This document shows, piece by piece, positions 6,571 through 17,835 of a stretch of 64,000 nucleotides of DNA. Made by a program: the position numbers and the translations under genes. Under the pieces are notes generated by a model. It did not search any database, was not told where the DNA came from, and worked only from the letters and a program-made list of their open reading frames with translations. The stretch covers positions 5,951 through 69,950 of the forward strand of contig CAZEKQ010000003.1 in the NCBI GenBank assembly GCA_964512735.1, in the 5' to 3' direction. The stretch is from an uncultured Eubacteriales bacterium (lineage in GTDB: Bacteria > Bacillota > Clostridia > Oscillospirales > Acutalibacteraceae). Within the stretch, counting starts at the first letter, position 1. Each line of letters opens with the position of its first letter.

Positions 6571-8811
6571 TTAAAGAGAAAGTTGTTCACCTTGTATATC
6601 ATCTGGTGCTAAAAATGCTCCTAAAGCTGGCAGATTTTTAGTGCGATACCTTTGCGGTTTTTTAAATTCTCCTTCATCGTAAGGCTTAACTTTAAAGAGT
6701 TTTTGACCTTTTTTAAGCGACATAACTCCAACGCCAATTGTGTCTTTGGTTGTTTTTGGAGCTATAGAACCAGTGTTTAAAATCAAAAATCTTCCTGCAC
6801 TTGATTCCAGAGTAAACTCACAATCTTCCCTAATATAGTTTATTGATGCAACTGGACTTCTAGCCGAATACGCTTTAACTAGCTTTCTACGATTTGTTTT
6901 AGTTTCATAAACATTCATCTCAAGCTTTGCGACTTTTCCGTTTTCAAAAAAGAAAAGCATATAACCAGAATAATCATATATTACAGTCATATTTACAATA
7001 TTTTCGCCATCATCCATTTGCAATTTTGTTGGAATGTATTCACCCAAAAGGCTCGCTTTTGTATCATCAAAATCGGAAACCTTAGCCTTGTAAACTTGGC
7101 ACTTATCAGTAAAGAACAGCAGTTCATTTGCGTTTGTTGCCTCAACAACATCCTTTATACTGTCGCCATCCTTTAGTTTTTGCTCGCCACTCATACGAAG
7201 CGATTGGGGTGTAATTTTTTTAAAATATCCTGCCTGACTAAAAAATAAAGTAACAGGATAGTCAGGTATTTCCTCTTCTATTTCAAGCTCTTCTATTTCA
7301 GAAGCATAAATAATTTCACTTTTTCTTTCTTTGGAATATTTTTTTATAACATCATTTAACTCTGAAATAATAATTTTCTTTACTCTATTTTTATTATTCA
7401 GAATATCTTCCATATCCGCTATTTCTTTTTCCAGCTTTTCAATATCAGATAATCTTTTTAGAATATATTCTTTGTTTAAATGACGCAACTTTATTTCTGC
7501 CACATATTCCGCTTGAATTTCATCAATTCCAAAACCAATCATAAGGTTTGGAACAACCTCTGATTCCTCTTGAGTTTCTCTTACAATTTTTACTGCTTTA
7601 TCTATATCGAGTAAAATTTTTGACAATCCACGAAGGAGATGAAGCTTTTCTTTGCTTTTGGTGTAGTTGAAATATGTCCTACGCCTTACACATTCTGTCC
7701 TAAAAGCTATCCACTCATTCAGTAGCTCTTTAACACCTAAAACCTGAGGAGTTCCACCTATTAAAACATTAAAGTTACACGAAAATGTATCTTCAAGTGT
7801 TGTAATTTTATAGAGCTTTTGCATTAATTTTTCTGCATCAACTCCACGCTTTAGGTCTATTGTTATTTTAAGTCCCGACTTATCGGTTTCATCCCTTATG
7901 TCGCTAACTTCTTTTATTGCTCCAGCCTTTGCACGCTCAATTACTTTATCAATTATTGCCTCGGCAGTTGTAGTTGGTGGGATTTCTGTAATATCAATAC
8001 AATTACTTGCTTTGTCATAAGCATATTTTGCCCTAACTTTGATTCCGCCTCTACCAGTTTTGTAAATTTTATTTATATCATCAAAATCATACAGTATCTT
8101 TCCGCCACCTATAAAATCGGGTGCTTTTAAAGTGTCTGTAATAATATGCTCGGGATTTTTTATAAGCTCAATTGTTGTTTGGCATACCTCTTTTAAATTA
8201 AACGAGCATATAGAGCTTGCCATTCCAACAGCAATACCAGAGTTTGCATTTACAAGAATTGAGGGAAAAGTAACTGGCAAAAGTGTAGGTTCTTTCATTG
8301 TATTATCATAGTTATCTACAAAATCAACCGTATCTTTATCAATATCTCTAAAAAGCTCTGACGCAATAGGGTCTAGCTTTGCCTCTGTATACCTTGATGC
8401 TGCCCACTGCATATCCCTTGAATATGACTTTCCGAAGTTACCCTTTGAATCAACATAAGGGTGCAACAACGCTTCGTATCCTCTCGAAAGTCTTACCATA
8501 GTGTCATAAATTGCTTGGTCACCGTGTGGGTTTAATTGCATAGTTCGACCAACTATGTTTGCTGATTTTGTCCTTGTAGAACTTAAAAGCCCCATTTTAT
8601 ACATTGTGTATAAAAGTTTTCTATGCGATGGTTTAAACCCATCAATTTCTGGAATAGCACGCGACAATATAACACTCATTGCGTAGGGCATATAGTTTAC
8701 TTCTAGCGTTTCAGTTATCCGCTGATTTACTACCTCCCCTGCACCCAAAATATGTGCATTTAAGTCTGTCAAATCATTTATTTTATTCTTTTTATCTTTC
8801 TTTTTAGCCAT
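6571..8811 (-). CDS. parC: Type IIA DNA topoisomerase subunit A (ParC-like)
   Basis: 746 aa. Breakage-reunion domain with the catalytic Tyr motif AASRYTEAKL. I see no GyrA-box-like motif in the C-terminal domain and the protein is shorter than GyrA. It sits directly downstream of the B subunit gene. Confidence 0.85.
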   Translation of the reverse strand: MAKKKDKKNKINDLTDLNAHILGAGEVVNQRITETLEVNYMPYAMSVILSRAIPEIDGFKPSHRKLLYTMYKMGLLSSTRTKSANIVGRTMQLNPHGDQAIYDTMVRLSRGYEALLHPYVDSKGNFGKSYSRDMQWAASRYTEAKLDPIASELFRDIDKDTVDFVDNYDNTMKEPTLLPVTFPSILVNANSGIAVGMASSICSFNLKEVCQTTIELIKNPEHIITDTLKAPDFIGGGKILYDFDDINKIYKTGRGGIKVRAKYAYDKASNCIDITEIPPTTTAEAIIDKVIERAKAGAIKEVSDIRDETDKSGLKITIDLKRGVDAEKLMQKLYKITTLEDTFSCNFNVLIGGTPQVLGVKELLNEWIAFRTECVRRRTYFNYTKSKEKLHLLRGLSKILLDIDKAVKIVRETQEESEVVPNLMIGFGIDEIQAEYVAEIKLRHLNKEYILKRLSDIEKLEKEIADMEDILNNKNRVKKIIISELNDVIKKYSKERKSEIIYASEIEELEIEEEIPDYPVTLFFSQAGYFKKITPQSLRMSGEQKLKDGDSIKDVVEATNANELLFFTDKCQVYKAKVSDFDDTKASLLGEYIPTKLQMDDGENIVNMTVIYDYSGYMLFFFENGKVAKLEMNVYETKTNRRKLVKAYSARSPVASINYIREDCEFTLESSAGRFLILNTGSIAPKTTKDTIGVGVMSLKKGQKLFKVKPYDEGEFKKPQRYRTKNLPALGAFLAPDDIQGEQLSL

Positions 8812-8855
8812 TTATAATCATCCTTATTTCATTTTAATATAACAGAAAAAAACAA

Positions 8856-10835
8856 TTAACTCACATCTGTCATATCAACATAAAGGTGTCCATTTTTTGC
8901 TATATGTTCTTTTCGTCCTTCTAAATTGTCGCCAAGCAAAAGGTCAAAAACATCTGCTGTTATCTTTGCATCATCTGGTTTTATCTTTATAAGTCTTCTA
9001 GTTTCTGGGTTCATAGTTGTAAGCGACATCATATCTGCCTCGTTTTCACCCAGACCTTTTGAACGCTGTATTGTAAATTTTTCGTCGCCTATTTCTTCAA
9101 TTGCTTGTGTTTTTTCACTCTCTGTATATGCAAACCAAGTTTGATTTTTGCTTGTTATTTCATAAAGAGGTGACTCTGCAATATACACTTTTTCTGCCTC
9201 TATTAGCGTTGGCATTAGCCTATAAATCATAGTTAATATAAGCGTTCTGATTTGAAATCCATCAACATCGGCATCGGTACATATAATTACTTTATCCCAT
9301 TTTAATGCATCAAGATTAAACGAGGATAAATCTTTATTAGCTTTACTTCTTACCTCTACTCCACAGCCTAAAACTTTAATTAAATCGGTTATAATGTCAT
9401 TTTTAAAAATTCTATCATACTCAGATTTAAGACAATTTAAAATTTTACCTCTAACTGGAATTATTGCCTGAAAATCTGAATTTCTAGCTTGCTTACAAGC
9501 ACCAAGGGCCGAATCTCCCTCCACTATAAACAGCTCTCTTTTTGTCACATCTTTACTTCTGCAGTCTACAAACTTTTGCACCCTGTTGGACATATCGTTA
9601 GGTGATTGAAGAGTTCTTCTAAGATTTTGTCTTGTAGATTCTGCTCTAATACGGCTACGCATATTGACCAAAACTTGCTCTGCAATTTTTTCTGCCTCAA
9701 TTGGATTTTCAATAAAATAAACTTCAAGCTGATGGCGTAAAAAATCTGTCATCGCCTCTTGAATAAATTTGTTATTGATAGCTTTTTTGGTCTGATTCTC
9801 ATAAGATGTTTGTGTTGATAATGATGATATTACAAGCACCATACAATCTTCAACATCTTGAAATGTGATTTTATTATCACTTTTTATATATTTATTATTT
9901 TGCTTTAAATACGCATCAATTTGTGAAACAAAAGCACTTCTTGACGCCTTTTCAGGTGCTCCGCCGTATTCAAGCCAGCTTGAGTTATGATAATACTCTT
10001 TTAACTGTTTTTTGTTTGAAAAACACAATGCTGCATTAATTCTAACTTTGTAATCCGGCTTGTCCTTTCTATCCCTTCCAATTCTTTCAGTTTGCCAGAA
10101 TTGAACAGAAGAAAATGCATCGTCTTGCGTAAATTCTTTTACATAGTCGGTAATTCCATCCTCATAAAGATACTCATAAGTTTCAAAACTACTGCCTACT
10201 TGATTACGAAGTATGAATTTTACACCCGCATTTACTATTGATTGACGCTTTATCGTTTCTTGAAAATACTCAAGCGGGATGTCTATCTCTGTAAAAACAT
10301 CTGTATCAGGACGCCACTTTATTATTGAACCTGTATCTTTTTTATCATACTTCTCTTTTATTAACTCAGAGCTTGGCTCACCTTTTTTGAAATTCATTAC
10401 ATATCTATATCCATCACGGTGAACCTCTGCCTCCATATACTCAGAAGAGTACTGAGTAGCACAAAGCCCCAATCCATTAAGACCGAGCGAAAACTCATAA
10501 CTGCCTCCGGTATTTGTGTCATATTTTCCACCGGCATACATTTCACAAAAAATTAATTCCCAGTTAAATCTTTTTTCATTCTGATTATAATCCATTGGAA
10601 TTCCACGACCAAAGTCTTGAACCTCTATAGATTTATCTTCATACCTAGTTACAACAACCCTGTCACCAAAGCCCTCTCTTGCTTCATCTATTGCGTTTGA
10701 AAGAATTTCAAACATAGAATGCTGGCAACCCTCTAAGCCGTCCGACCCAAATATAACTGCTGGACGCTTTCTTACCCTGTCTGCACCCTTCAACTGCGAT
10801 ATGTTATCATTTCCATATCCTACTTTTTTCGCCAT
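8856..10835 (-). CDS. parE: Type IIA DNA topoisomerase subunit B (ParE-like)
   Basis: GHKL ATPase N-terminus and TOPRIM motif IVEGDSALGACKQ. I place the start at ATG 10835 (MAKKVGYGNDNISQLKG), preceded by GGAGGAAG. The track ORF begins 16 codons earlier. Confidence 0.88.
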   Translation of the reverse strand: MAKKVGYGNDNISQLKGADRVRKRPAVIFGSDGLEGCQHSMFEILSNAIDEAREGFGDRVVVTRYEDKSIEVQDFGRGIPMDYNQNEKRFNWELIFCEMYAGGKYDTNTGGSYEFSLGLNGLGLCATQYSSEYMEAEVHRDGYRYVMNFKKGEPSSELIKEKYDKKDTGSIIKWRPDTDVFTEIDIPLEYFQETIKRQSIVNAGVKFILRNQVGSSFETYEYLYEDGITDYVKEFTQDDAFSSVQFWQTERIGRDRKDKPDYKVRINAALCFSNKKQLKEYYHNSSWLEYGGAPEKASRSAFVSQIDAYLKQNNKYIKSDNKITFQDVEDCMVLVISSLSTQTSYENQTKKAINNKFIQEAMTDFLRHQLEVYFIENPIEAEKIAEQVLVNMRSRIRAESTRQNLRRTLQSPNDMSNRVQKFVDCRSKDVTKRELFIVEGDSALGACKQARNSDFQAIIPVRGKILNCLKSEYDRIFKNDIITDLIKVLGCGVEVRSKANKDLSSFNLDALKWDKVIICTDADVDGFQIRTLILTMIYRLMPTLIEAEKVYIAESPLYEITSKNQTWFAYTESEKTQAIEEIGDEKFTIQRSKGLGENEADMMSLTTMNPETRRLIKIKPDDAKITADVFDLLLGDNLEGRKEHIAKNGHLYVDMTDVS

Positions 10836-11004
10836 GACTTCCTCCCACATCAATATAAAACTATACTTAAATATTAAAAACACTCAAAATACCAAAAAAT
10901 ACATAATTAACCCATTAACAATAATACTTTACACTATATATTGAGGTTATGTCAAGAAATGCAAAATAGTTGCCCTTCAAAAAGACACTTATACTATTAT
11001 GCTA

Positions 11005-11031
11005 TATTAACATATGAAAAAGCTGTCGAAA
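11005..11031 (-). terminator. Terminator after the LiaF-like gene
   Basis: Minus strand AGCTGTCG-TATTT-CGACAGCT followed by TTTTCATATG. Confidence 0.65.
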
Positions 11032-11061
11032 TACGACAGCTTTAATATTATGCATTATTAA

Positions 11062-11787
11062 TCACTTGATTAAATTTACAACATCAACCCCACCAAAAAA
11101 GGTGAAATATCTTATTGTAAAAATCGGCATACCATCATCGCTAAGATTCCCAACCTGATTATCACAACCGCCAAGTAAAGCAACTCCGGTTGTTTCTACT
11201 TGAAAACCTTTTGGTGGTACAATATCTATTCCTCCAAAAATTGCAGTAACATTAAATACTACACTGCCTGCTGGAACTGCATCTGAAAGATCTAGCTCAA
11301 TTCCACCTAAAATAGCAGTAGCATCCCCGCCACGCAAATTTTTGCTTGAACATTTGCTATGATTACCACCAAATATTGCTAAAAAAGATGGTGTGTCTGA
11401 TTCACTTTGGGTTGTTTTCTTTCTAAATTCTGGCTCGCTGACAATCTCTGCTTTTGAATTTTTTATTTTTGATACGCTCTTAAATTCACCAAATATTAAA
11501 TATAAACCTAGTATAATTAAAGCCAAAGACACTGTAATTCCATTTAACATTTTACTATCTATCCAGCCCTGTTGACTTATAAGTAGCCATATTCCTAAAA
11601 ACAAAAATGCAATGTTACCAATATCTATTTTTGAGGATAGCATATTTCCAATGGCAGGAATAATTATAAATAGTGTCCACCAACCATTAAAACTACTTAT
11701 ATTCCAAAGACCGAAAACATCGCCACAATATATTATTCCAAATGCTATTGCCACAACACCAAATAATGTTTTTGTCGCATTTTTCAC
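11062..11787 (-). CDS. Membrane protein with LiaF-like C-terminal domain (cell-wall stress response family)
   Basis: GTG start after AAAGGGGTG. Four or five N-terminal TM helices. The C-terminal half has repeated xxFGGxD strands (AIFGGNH, AILGGIELD, AIFGGIDIV, FTFFGGVDVV), typical of DUF2154/LiaF_C. Confidence 0.6.
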   Translation of the reverse strand: MKNATKTLFGVVAIAFGIIYCGDVFGLWNISSFNGWWTLFIIIPAIGNMLSSKIDIGNIAFLFLGIWLLISQQGWIDSKMLNGITVSLALIILGLYLIFGEFKSVSKIKNSKAEIVSEPEFRKKTTQSESDTPSFLAIFGGNHSKCSSKNLRGGDATAILGGIELDLSDAVPAGSVVFNVTAIFGGIDIVPPKGFQVETTGVALLGGCDNQVGNLSDDGMPIFTIRYFTFFGGVDVVNLIK

Positions 11788-11818
11788 AACTTGACACCCC
11801 TTTAAAGTTTATTCCGTC

Positions 11819-14512
11819 TTACTTTTTTAAAATATCCTCTTCATCATTATCAGGCGATTCTTTTTCACCAAAATCACGAGTCGCCTTTAATAGCTCATAC
11901 AATTCATAAATCTCGTCGTTTTCAGTTAGTTCAATTATTTCATCTTCTTGAAGATATTCATTCAGCACATCTGCCATATTTTCAATCTCAACATCAGGCA
12001 ATTCATTTGAATTTTTCTCGTCGATTGAGTTAGATAGACTCTTTATTTTATCTTCACCAGTTGCAAGTTTTCTATCATTTTGTTCGTACGATAAAAATGA
12101 ATTTATAGACAACTCCTTTAATTCATCAGCAACATCAGAATACGGGTTAGAAAACTCTTCTATATTTTCTTGCAAGTCTTTATTTGTACTTTCGCCTTTT
12201 TCTATATAATTCGTCTCATATCCCAAAAACTCAAAATCATAGCTTGTGTTGTCTATCTTTTTATTTACTTCATCCGATATTTCTTTTTTTGCGTTTTCTA
12301 TTGCAGTTTCTTCATCTATTATCTCTTCAAAGAGTTCTGTTTCTTCCAACTTCACACTTTTCAAGTTGTTTTTATCTGCAATGTTATCAATCAAATCATT
12401 TTTTGTTTCACGCTCTTGTGTTTCCTGCAAATTTTTTTCGTTTGTGTCTGTTCTCGGGAGCGCTAAATCAAAAGGGTCGGGAGTATTTTCAACCTCGCTT
12501 GCCTCTTGTGTTTTTTCTGATTCGTTTTCATTTGATTTTGAATTGGAATCATTATTTTTCAAAGCCGAATCAGATTCTAAATCGCCTGACTTCTCGTCAG
12601 TATTATCAGACTTAAAATTACTTTCGCTATCTTTATTTTCTGTTTTTCCTGATAAATCATACTCTTCATCAGTAGTCATAAGCTTTTCAAACAATGCTCC
12701 ATCAATTTTTTCGTATTCAATTAAATAATTTGACACTCTATGAAGCTTTTCAATATTCGAGCGAAGTATATCCTCTGCCCTTTCATATGCATCAATTATA
12801 ATCTTGTTAATTTCACTATCAATTTCAGCTGCGGTACTTTCAGAATAGTTTCTTACATGACTATAGTCTTTTCCAAGGAAAACCTCTTGATTTCCTGAGC
12901 CGTAGGAAATAGGTCCCAAAATATTACTCATACCATATTTGGTAATCATTTTTCTTGCGATATCTGTTGCTCTTTCAATATCATTAGATGCCCCTGTAGA
13001 AATATCTCCCAAAACAACAGCCTCTGCAACACGACCACCTAAAAGTGTTACAATTTCATTTAGCATATCGCTTTTTGCCATATAGCTTTTATCTTCTGCA
13101 GGTATGGACATAGTGTATCCACCCGCCATTCCACGAGGTATAATCGAAATTTGATGCACTGGGTCCATACCCTCAATATAAAATGTTGTGAGAGCGTGAC
13201 CTGCCTCGTGATATGCAGTTAATTTTTTCTCTTTATCGCTAATTTTTCTCGACTTCTTTTCAGTTCCGACAACAACCTTAATTGTAGCCTCATCAATCTC
13301 TTCCATTGTTATTGCGTATAAACCTCTGCGAGCCGCAAGCAATGCCGCCTCGTTTAGCAAATTCTCAAGGTCTGCACCCGTAAAACCTGCTGTGGAACGA
13401 GCAATTTTATCAAGCTCAACATCAGGTGCTAACGGTTTTCCCTTAGCGTGAACTTTTAATATTTCTTCTCTACCCTTAATATCAGGATAATGAACTGTAA
13501 CTTGACGGTCAAAACGCCCAGGTCTTAAAAGTGCAGGGTCGAGTATATCAGGTCTGTTCGTTGCTGCAATAATAATGACACCCTCATTTGTGCCAAAACC
13601 GTCCATCTCAACAAGCAATTGGTTAAGTGTTTGCTCACGCTCGTCGTGTCCACCACCCATACCAGCACCACGATGGCGGCCAACTGCGTCTATTTCATCT
13701 ATAAATATAATTGCTGGGGCATTTTTCTTTGCTGATTCAAACAAATCCCTCACCCTTGATGCACCAACACCCACATACATCTCAACAAAATCAGAACCAG
13801 AAATTGAAAGGAAAGGAACATCTGCCTCACCAGCTACTGCCCTTGCCAGTAAAGTTTTTCCGGTACCGGGAGGGCCTACAAGCAAAACACCTTTTGGTAT
13901 TCTAGCTCCTAGGTCACTAAATTTATTTGGGTCTTTTAAAAATTCAACAATTTCGCTAAGCTCTTCTTTTTCTTCATCAACGCCTGCAACATCAGCAAAA
14001 GTTGTTTTTCGCTTTTCATCAACTCCTGCCTTTATTCTTGCCTTACCAAAGTTCATAGACCTATTAGTCTCGTTGCTCATTGTTTGATTCATCTTTTTGG
14101 TAACAAAAACAAGAGACGCAATTACAAGTGCCATTAACAATATTGTCGGAAGCACTGACATCCACACAGATGTTGATGCGCCCTCAATATAATCCATTTT
14201 AACTGGATTTTCTGCGTTTTCCGTATTTTGTTCTCTAACTTTATCGTGAACATCCTTAATGAATAAATTGACATTGGGAACAGTATAAATTCTTTTTTCC
14301 TTTTCCCCTTCTAAGACATAAGTCAACTTACCACTGCCAAGATTTAGGCTATATTCTGTTACTTTGCCTTCATCAAAGTACTTAACTATCTCATAATATT
14401 CTACTCTATCTGTTGTATTGGTAGAAAGATACCAAAAAATTCCTGATATAATTAAAAGTGGAATAAAGAGTAGCGATAATGCAGCACCCCAGCTATTTTT
14501 TTTGCTTTCCAA
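11819..14512 (-). CDS. ftsH: ATP-dependent zinc metalloprotease FtsH with a ~270-aa acidic C-terminal extension
   Basis: TTG start 7 nt after GGAGGG. Two TM helices, Walker A GPPGTGKT, Walker B IIFIDEID, zinc site HEAGHAL. 897 aa in total. Confidence 0.95.
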   Translation of the reverse strand: MESKKNSWGAALSLLFIPLLIISGIFWYLSTNTTDRVEYYEIVKYFDEGKVTEYSLNLGSGKLTYVLEGEKEKRIYTVPNVNLFIKDVHDKVREQNTENAENPVKMDYIEGASTSVWMSVLPTILLMALVIASLVFVTKKMNQTMSNETNRSMNFGKARIKAGVDEKRKTTFADVAGVDEEKEELSEIVEFLKDPNKFSDLGARIPKGVLLVGPPGTGKTLLARAVAGEADVPFLSISGSDFVEMYVGVGASRVRDLFESAKKNAPAIIFIDEIDAVGRHRGAGMGGGHDEREQTLNQLLVEMDGFGTNEGVIIIAATNRPDILDPALLRPGRFDRQVTVHYPDIKGREEILKVHAKGKPLAPDVELDKIARSTAGFTGADLENLLNEAALLAARRGLYAITMEEIDEATIKVVVGTEKKSRKISDKEKKLTAYHEAGHALTTFYIEGMDPVHQISIIPRGMAGGYTMSIPAEDKSYMAKSDMLNEIVTLLGGRVAEAVVLGDISTGASNDIERATDIARKMITKYGMSNILGPISYGSGNQEVFLGKDYSHVRNYSESTAAEIDSEINKIIIDAYERAEDILRSNIEKLHRVSNYLIEYEKIDGALFEKLMTTDEEYDLSGKTENKDSESNFKSDNTDEKSGDLESDSALKNNDSNSKSNENESEKTQEASEVENTPDPFDLALPRTDTNEKNLQETQERETKNDLIDNIADKNNLKSVKLEETELFEEIIDEETAIENAKKEISDEVNKKIDNTSYDFEFLGYETNYIEKGESTNKDLQENIEEFSNPYSDVADELKELSINSFLSYEQNDRKLATGEDKIKSLSNSIDEKNSNELPDVEIENMADVLNEYLQEDEIIELTENDEIYELYELLKATRDFGEKESPDNDEEDILKK

Positions 14513-14550
14513 ACAAAATCCCTCCTATGTTGAGTATATAATAAAATTTG

Positions 14551-15090
14551 TTACTCACTATAAATTTCTTTTTTTAAAACTCCTAAATAAGGCAAATTAC
14601 GATACTTTTCATCATAATCCAAACCATATCCAACCACAAACTCATCCGGAATTTGTGCCCCTGCATAATCAGCAGACAAAGCAACGGCTCGTCTGTCCGG
14701 CTTATCGAGAAAAGTGCATATTTTAATGCTATTAGGGTTTCTTGTTCCTAAAATCTCCATTAATGATTGTAGTGTTCTGCCTGTGTCTAAGATATCTTCA
14801 ACAATTAAAAGGTCATAGCCCGACAAATTAATATCTAAGTCTTTTATAATTTTTACAGCTCCAGAGCTTACAGATTTGTCGCCATAACTTGAAACAACCA
14901 TAAAGTCAATTTTGCACGGAATATTAATTGCCCTCATCAAATCCGCCATAAATATAACCGAACCTTTCAGTACGCTTATAAGTAAAAGATTTTTACCTTT
15001 ATAGTCTTTGCTAATTTGTGCCCCCATATTTTTAACTATTTCAGAAATTTGTTTTTCATCTAACAAAATTTCTTTTATATCCTCTTTCAC
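14551..15090 (-). CDS. hpt: Hypoxanthine phosphoribosyltransferase
   Basis: 179 aa. PRPP-binding loop LLIVEDILDTGRTL. GTG start after GGGAGG. Gene order tilS-hpt-ftsH matches B. subtilis. Confidence 0.93.
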   Translation of the reverse strand: MKEDIKEILLDEKQISEIVKNMGAQISKDYKGKNLLLISVLKGSVIFMADLMRAINIPCKIDFMVVSSYGDKSVSSGAVKIIKDLDINLSGYDLLIVEDILDTGRTLQSLMEILGTRNPNSIKICTFLDKPDRRAVALSADYAGAQIPDEFVVGYGLDYDEKYRNLPYLGVLKKEIYSE

Positions 15091-15094
15091 GGAC

Positions 15095-16432
15095 TTACCT
15101 CCCGATTGTTATCTCTAAAATATTTTTTGTATTCTCGGTCACAGCTACATTTTCACTTGCACCAAAACCCTCTATCCAAAAGATTTCATCATCACTCGAG
15201 AGAATAACGATATCATTTCTTTTTTCTACGGGTATTTTAGCTTCATTAAAAAATTTTTTCAGTGATTTAGTAACATTTCTACCACGGGGGGTAAATTTGT
15301 CACCCTGTTTTCTGTTCCTAAAAATACAACACCCAATCATTTTATCATAATCAACGAAATTATCCAATACATCTTTATCATTTTTTTTAATAGTTTTATA
15401 ATCAAAATCACAAAGCAACCTTGTTTTTATAGTTCCACAGGGTGTAATTATGTTTTTATCATCAAATGGAACACTCCAAAAAAAAGTTTCTTTATTGTAA
15501 TTTGGAAAATCGAGCACATCATTTTTAACTCTTATATAACAATTTTCGCAAATCTGAACCTGACCTTGTAAAAATAAAATATTATCTACCATATCTATAT
15601 GCTTTTGCTGTGGATAAATTTTACAAGTTTCAAAAATCAAATTAGCTATAACTCTTTTTCTTATTGCTATATGTTCTTTGCTAATTAAAACTGCATCATA
15701 CCCATCATTTATTTTAGCTTTTTGGGCTGTGTTTTCTGCAAGCGAGTTTAGCAAGCTTTGGTCTTCTTTTAAACTAGAAGTGCATCTATAAACTGCGTCA
15801 CAAAAAGCAGGGTTAATTTTTTCAAGTTCCGGAATAACATTATGCCTTATACGATTTCTTGAATATATAGTTTGTTTATTTGTACTATCCGTTACAAAGT
15901 CCAGCCCATTTTCTAAACAGTATTTTTCAATATCTGCCCTACTACATTCAATTAATGGGCGAATTATTTTGCCTCGTTTTTCGGGTATTCCACAAAGACC
16001 TTTCAGTGTTGCTCCTCGCGTTAGATTAAACAACACCGTTTCAGCATTATCACTTTTTGTATGTGCTGTCGCAATTATTGCGTCTTTTTCAATACTCTCA
16101 AAAAACTCATATCTAATACGCCTGCCACATTCCTCTTCGCTCTCTCCTGTTTGCTTTGAGATGTCTGGAATATTGGTGCGTAGAATTTTCAGTTCAATTT
16201 TTTCTCTATAGCAATAGTCTTTTACAAATTTTTCATCTTTTTCTGCTTCCTCACCACGAATCCCGTGGTTTACATGAGCTGCTATAATTTTTATATTATA
16301 ATCCTCTTTTATTGAGTTTAAAAAGGAAACAAGCGCAATCGAATCTGCTCCACCAGATAGGGCAACAACTACTGTTGCCCCACTACTAAGCATTTGATAG
16401 CGCTCAATAACACTCAAAGCCTTATCCTTCAT
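15095..16432 (-). CDS. tilS: tRNA(Ile)-lysidine synthetase
   Basis: PP-loop VVVALSGGADSIAL near the N-terminus. Start placed at ATG 16432 (MKDKALSVIERY), overlapping the dnaB stop by 11 nt. The 52 codons further upstream in the track ORF lie inside dnaB. Confidence 0.9.
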   Translation of the reverse strand: MKDKALSVIERYQMLSSGATVVVALSGGADSIALVSFLNSIKEDYNIKIIAAHVNHGIRGEEAEKDEKFVKDYCYREKIELKILRTNIPDISKQTGESEEECGRRIRYEFFESIEKDAIIATAHTKSDNAETVLFNLTRGATLKGLCGIPEKRGKIIRPLIECSRADIEKYCLENGLDFVTDSTNKQTIYSRNRIRHNVIPELEKINPAFCDAVYRCTSSLKEDQSLLNSLAENTAQKAKINDGYDAVLISKEHIAIRKRVIANLIFETCKIYPQQKHIDMVDNILFLQGQVQICENCYIRVKNDVLDFPNYNKETFFWSVPFDDKNIITPCGTIKTRLLCDFDYKTIKKNDKDVLDNFVDYDKMIGCCIFRNRKQGDKFTPRGRNVTKSLKKFFNEAKIPVEKRNDIVILSSDDEIFWIEGFGASENVAVTENTKNILEITIGR

Positions 16433-17792
16433 ATCTGTTCCTTTCCAGAGTTGTAAACATTGTATAATCTGGATTCCAAGCAAGCTCAACCGTATCCGTT
16501 GGGCCGTGCCTGTTTTTAGCAATAATAATTTCAACTTTGTTTGTTTCTTCTTCTGGTCCGTCCTCACCATCACCGTAATAATCCTCACGATAAAGCATCA
16601 TAACAATGTCGGCATCCTGCTCGATTGAACCTGATTCACGAAGGTCTGCAAGCTGTGGCCTATGACTTTTTCCCCTGCCTTCTGTTCCTCTTGAAAGCTG
16701 GGCCAAAACAATAACCGGCACATTCAAATCCTTTGCCATTAACTTTAAATTTCTAGTTATTTCAGACACTTCTTGAACTCTATTTTCTGTTCTTGAGCCT
16801 GATTTCATAAGCTGTAAATAGTCGATAACAATGCACTCAACATCTTTCATTCTTCTAACTCTAGCTTTCATTTCAGACACGGTAATGCTTGATGTATCAT
16901 CAAAATATAGTGGGCAGTCGTAAAGTGCTGCGGTTGCTGTGCTAATTCTTAACCAGTCATCTTCATTTAGCATACCGGTTCTCATTTTTGTGCTAAGTAC
17001 TCTAGCCTCTGTAGATAGCACTCTTTGAGCAATTTGTTCCTTTGTCATTTCTAGAGAAAAGAACACAACCTTTCTCTTTGCAATCACTGCAACATTTCTT
17101 GCAAGGTTCAAAGCAAAGCTAGTTTTACCCATTGCAGGACGAGCACCGACAATTATAAGGTCAGAGTTATTAAGGCCTGTCGTTACTTTGTCTAAGTCTG
17201 AAAACCCTGTAGTAAATCCTAGGTACTGCTCCCTTTCTGGTGAGCTTAACTTTGTTAGCCTATCATAGACACTATCTGTCAATATCTCGCCAACTCTTGA
17301 AGCGTGCGAAGAGTTTTTGCCCTGACGAATGTTGTATATTCTTTGCTCTGCACTGTCAAGCAAAGTGTCTGCACTCTCTTCTTGGTTTGTTGCACTGTCA
17401 ATAGTTTCTTTTGAGATATCAATCAATGTGCGTATGTAAAATTTTTCTCTTATAATTTTTGCATAAGCCTCTACATTTGCCGTTGATGGGACAGCTTGAG
17501 AGAGCTGAAACAAATATGTTTTTCCGGCTGCATCATCATAAACATTTTCTTGTTTCAATTTTTCAAGAACAAGAAGGGGGTCAATTCTCCCCCCCATACC
17601 CTCAATGCTAAGCATAGCCGAATAAATTGCCTTATGCTGTGGCAAATAAAAATATTCTGTTTTAAACCCACTTTCCCCTGCTTGTATTTGGTTAATGCAA
17701 GGTGGGTCAATTAAAATTGAGCCTAAAACTGCTTGCTCTGCTTCTAGGCTATATAATGTGTTTACATCCATAGTTAAATTCATATTTTGCAC
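16422..17792 (-). CDS. dnaB: Replicative DNA helicase (DnaB family)
   Basis: 456 aa. N-terminal EAEQAVLGSIL, Walker A GARPAMGKTSFAL, Walker B VIDYLQLM. Confidence 0.95.
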   Translation of the reverse strand: MQNMNLTMDVNTLYSLEAEQAVLGSILIDPPCINQIQAGESGFKTEYFYLPQHKAIYSAMLSIEGMGGRIDPLLVLEKLKQENVYDDAAGKTYLFQLSQAVPSTANVEAYAKIIREKFYIRTLIDISKETIDSATNQEESADTLLDSAEQRIYNIRQGKNSSHASRVGEILTDSVYDRLTKLSSPEREQYLGFTTGFSDLDKVTTGLNNSDLIIVGARPAMGKTSFALNLARNVAVIAKRKVVFFSLEMTKEQIAQRVLSTEARVLSTKMRTGMLNEDDWLRISTATAALYDCPLYFDDTSSITVSEMKARVRRMKDVECIVIDYLQLMKSGSRTENRVQEVSEITRNLKLMAKDLNVPVIVLAQLSRGTEGRGKSHRPQLADLRESGSIEQDADIVMMLYREDYYGDGEDGPEEETNKVEIIIAKNRHGPTDTVELAWNPDYTMFTTLERNRYEG

Positions 17793-17835
17793 GGAAGTTA
17801 TTCTCCTTATAAATACTTATGGATTACGGAGAAAT

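Noticed and set aside
12170-12728. Three overlapping plus-strand ORFs (98, 143 and 160 aa) in all three frames.
   Set aside because: They lie antisense to the purine-rich (GAA/GAT/AAA) coding sequence of the FtsH acidic tail. The pyrimidine-rich complement simply lacks stop codons. The products are low-complexity S/F/L strings with no RBS.
15609-15617. Perfect DnaA-box consensus TGTGGATAA, and its complement TTATCCACA at 34340-34348, as a possible replication origin signal.
   Set aside because: These are single isolated boxes inside the tilS and rsmB coding sequences. There is no box cluster, AT-rich unwinding element, or nearby dnaA/dnaN.
16433-16588. N-terminal 52 codons of the track ORF for tilS. 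Similar upstream extensions occur for parE, gmk, the nucleotidyltransferase fusion, prpC, ytfJ, yicC, ygiQ, the FG-GAP protein and hlyIII.
   Set aside because: The extensions overlap the upstream gene or lack an RBS. In each case an internal start with a good Shine-Dalgarno sequence reproduces the canonical family N-terminus.
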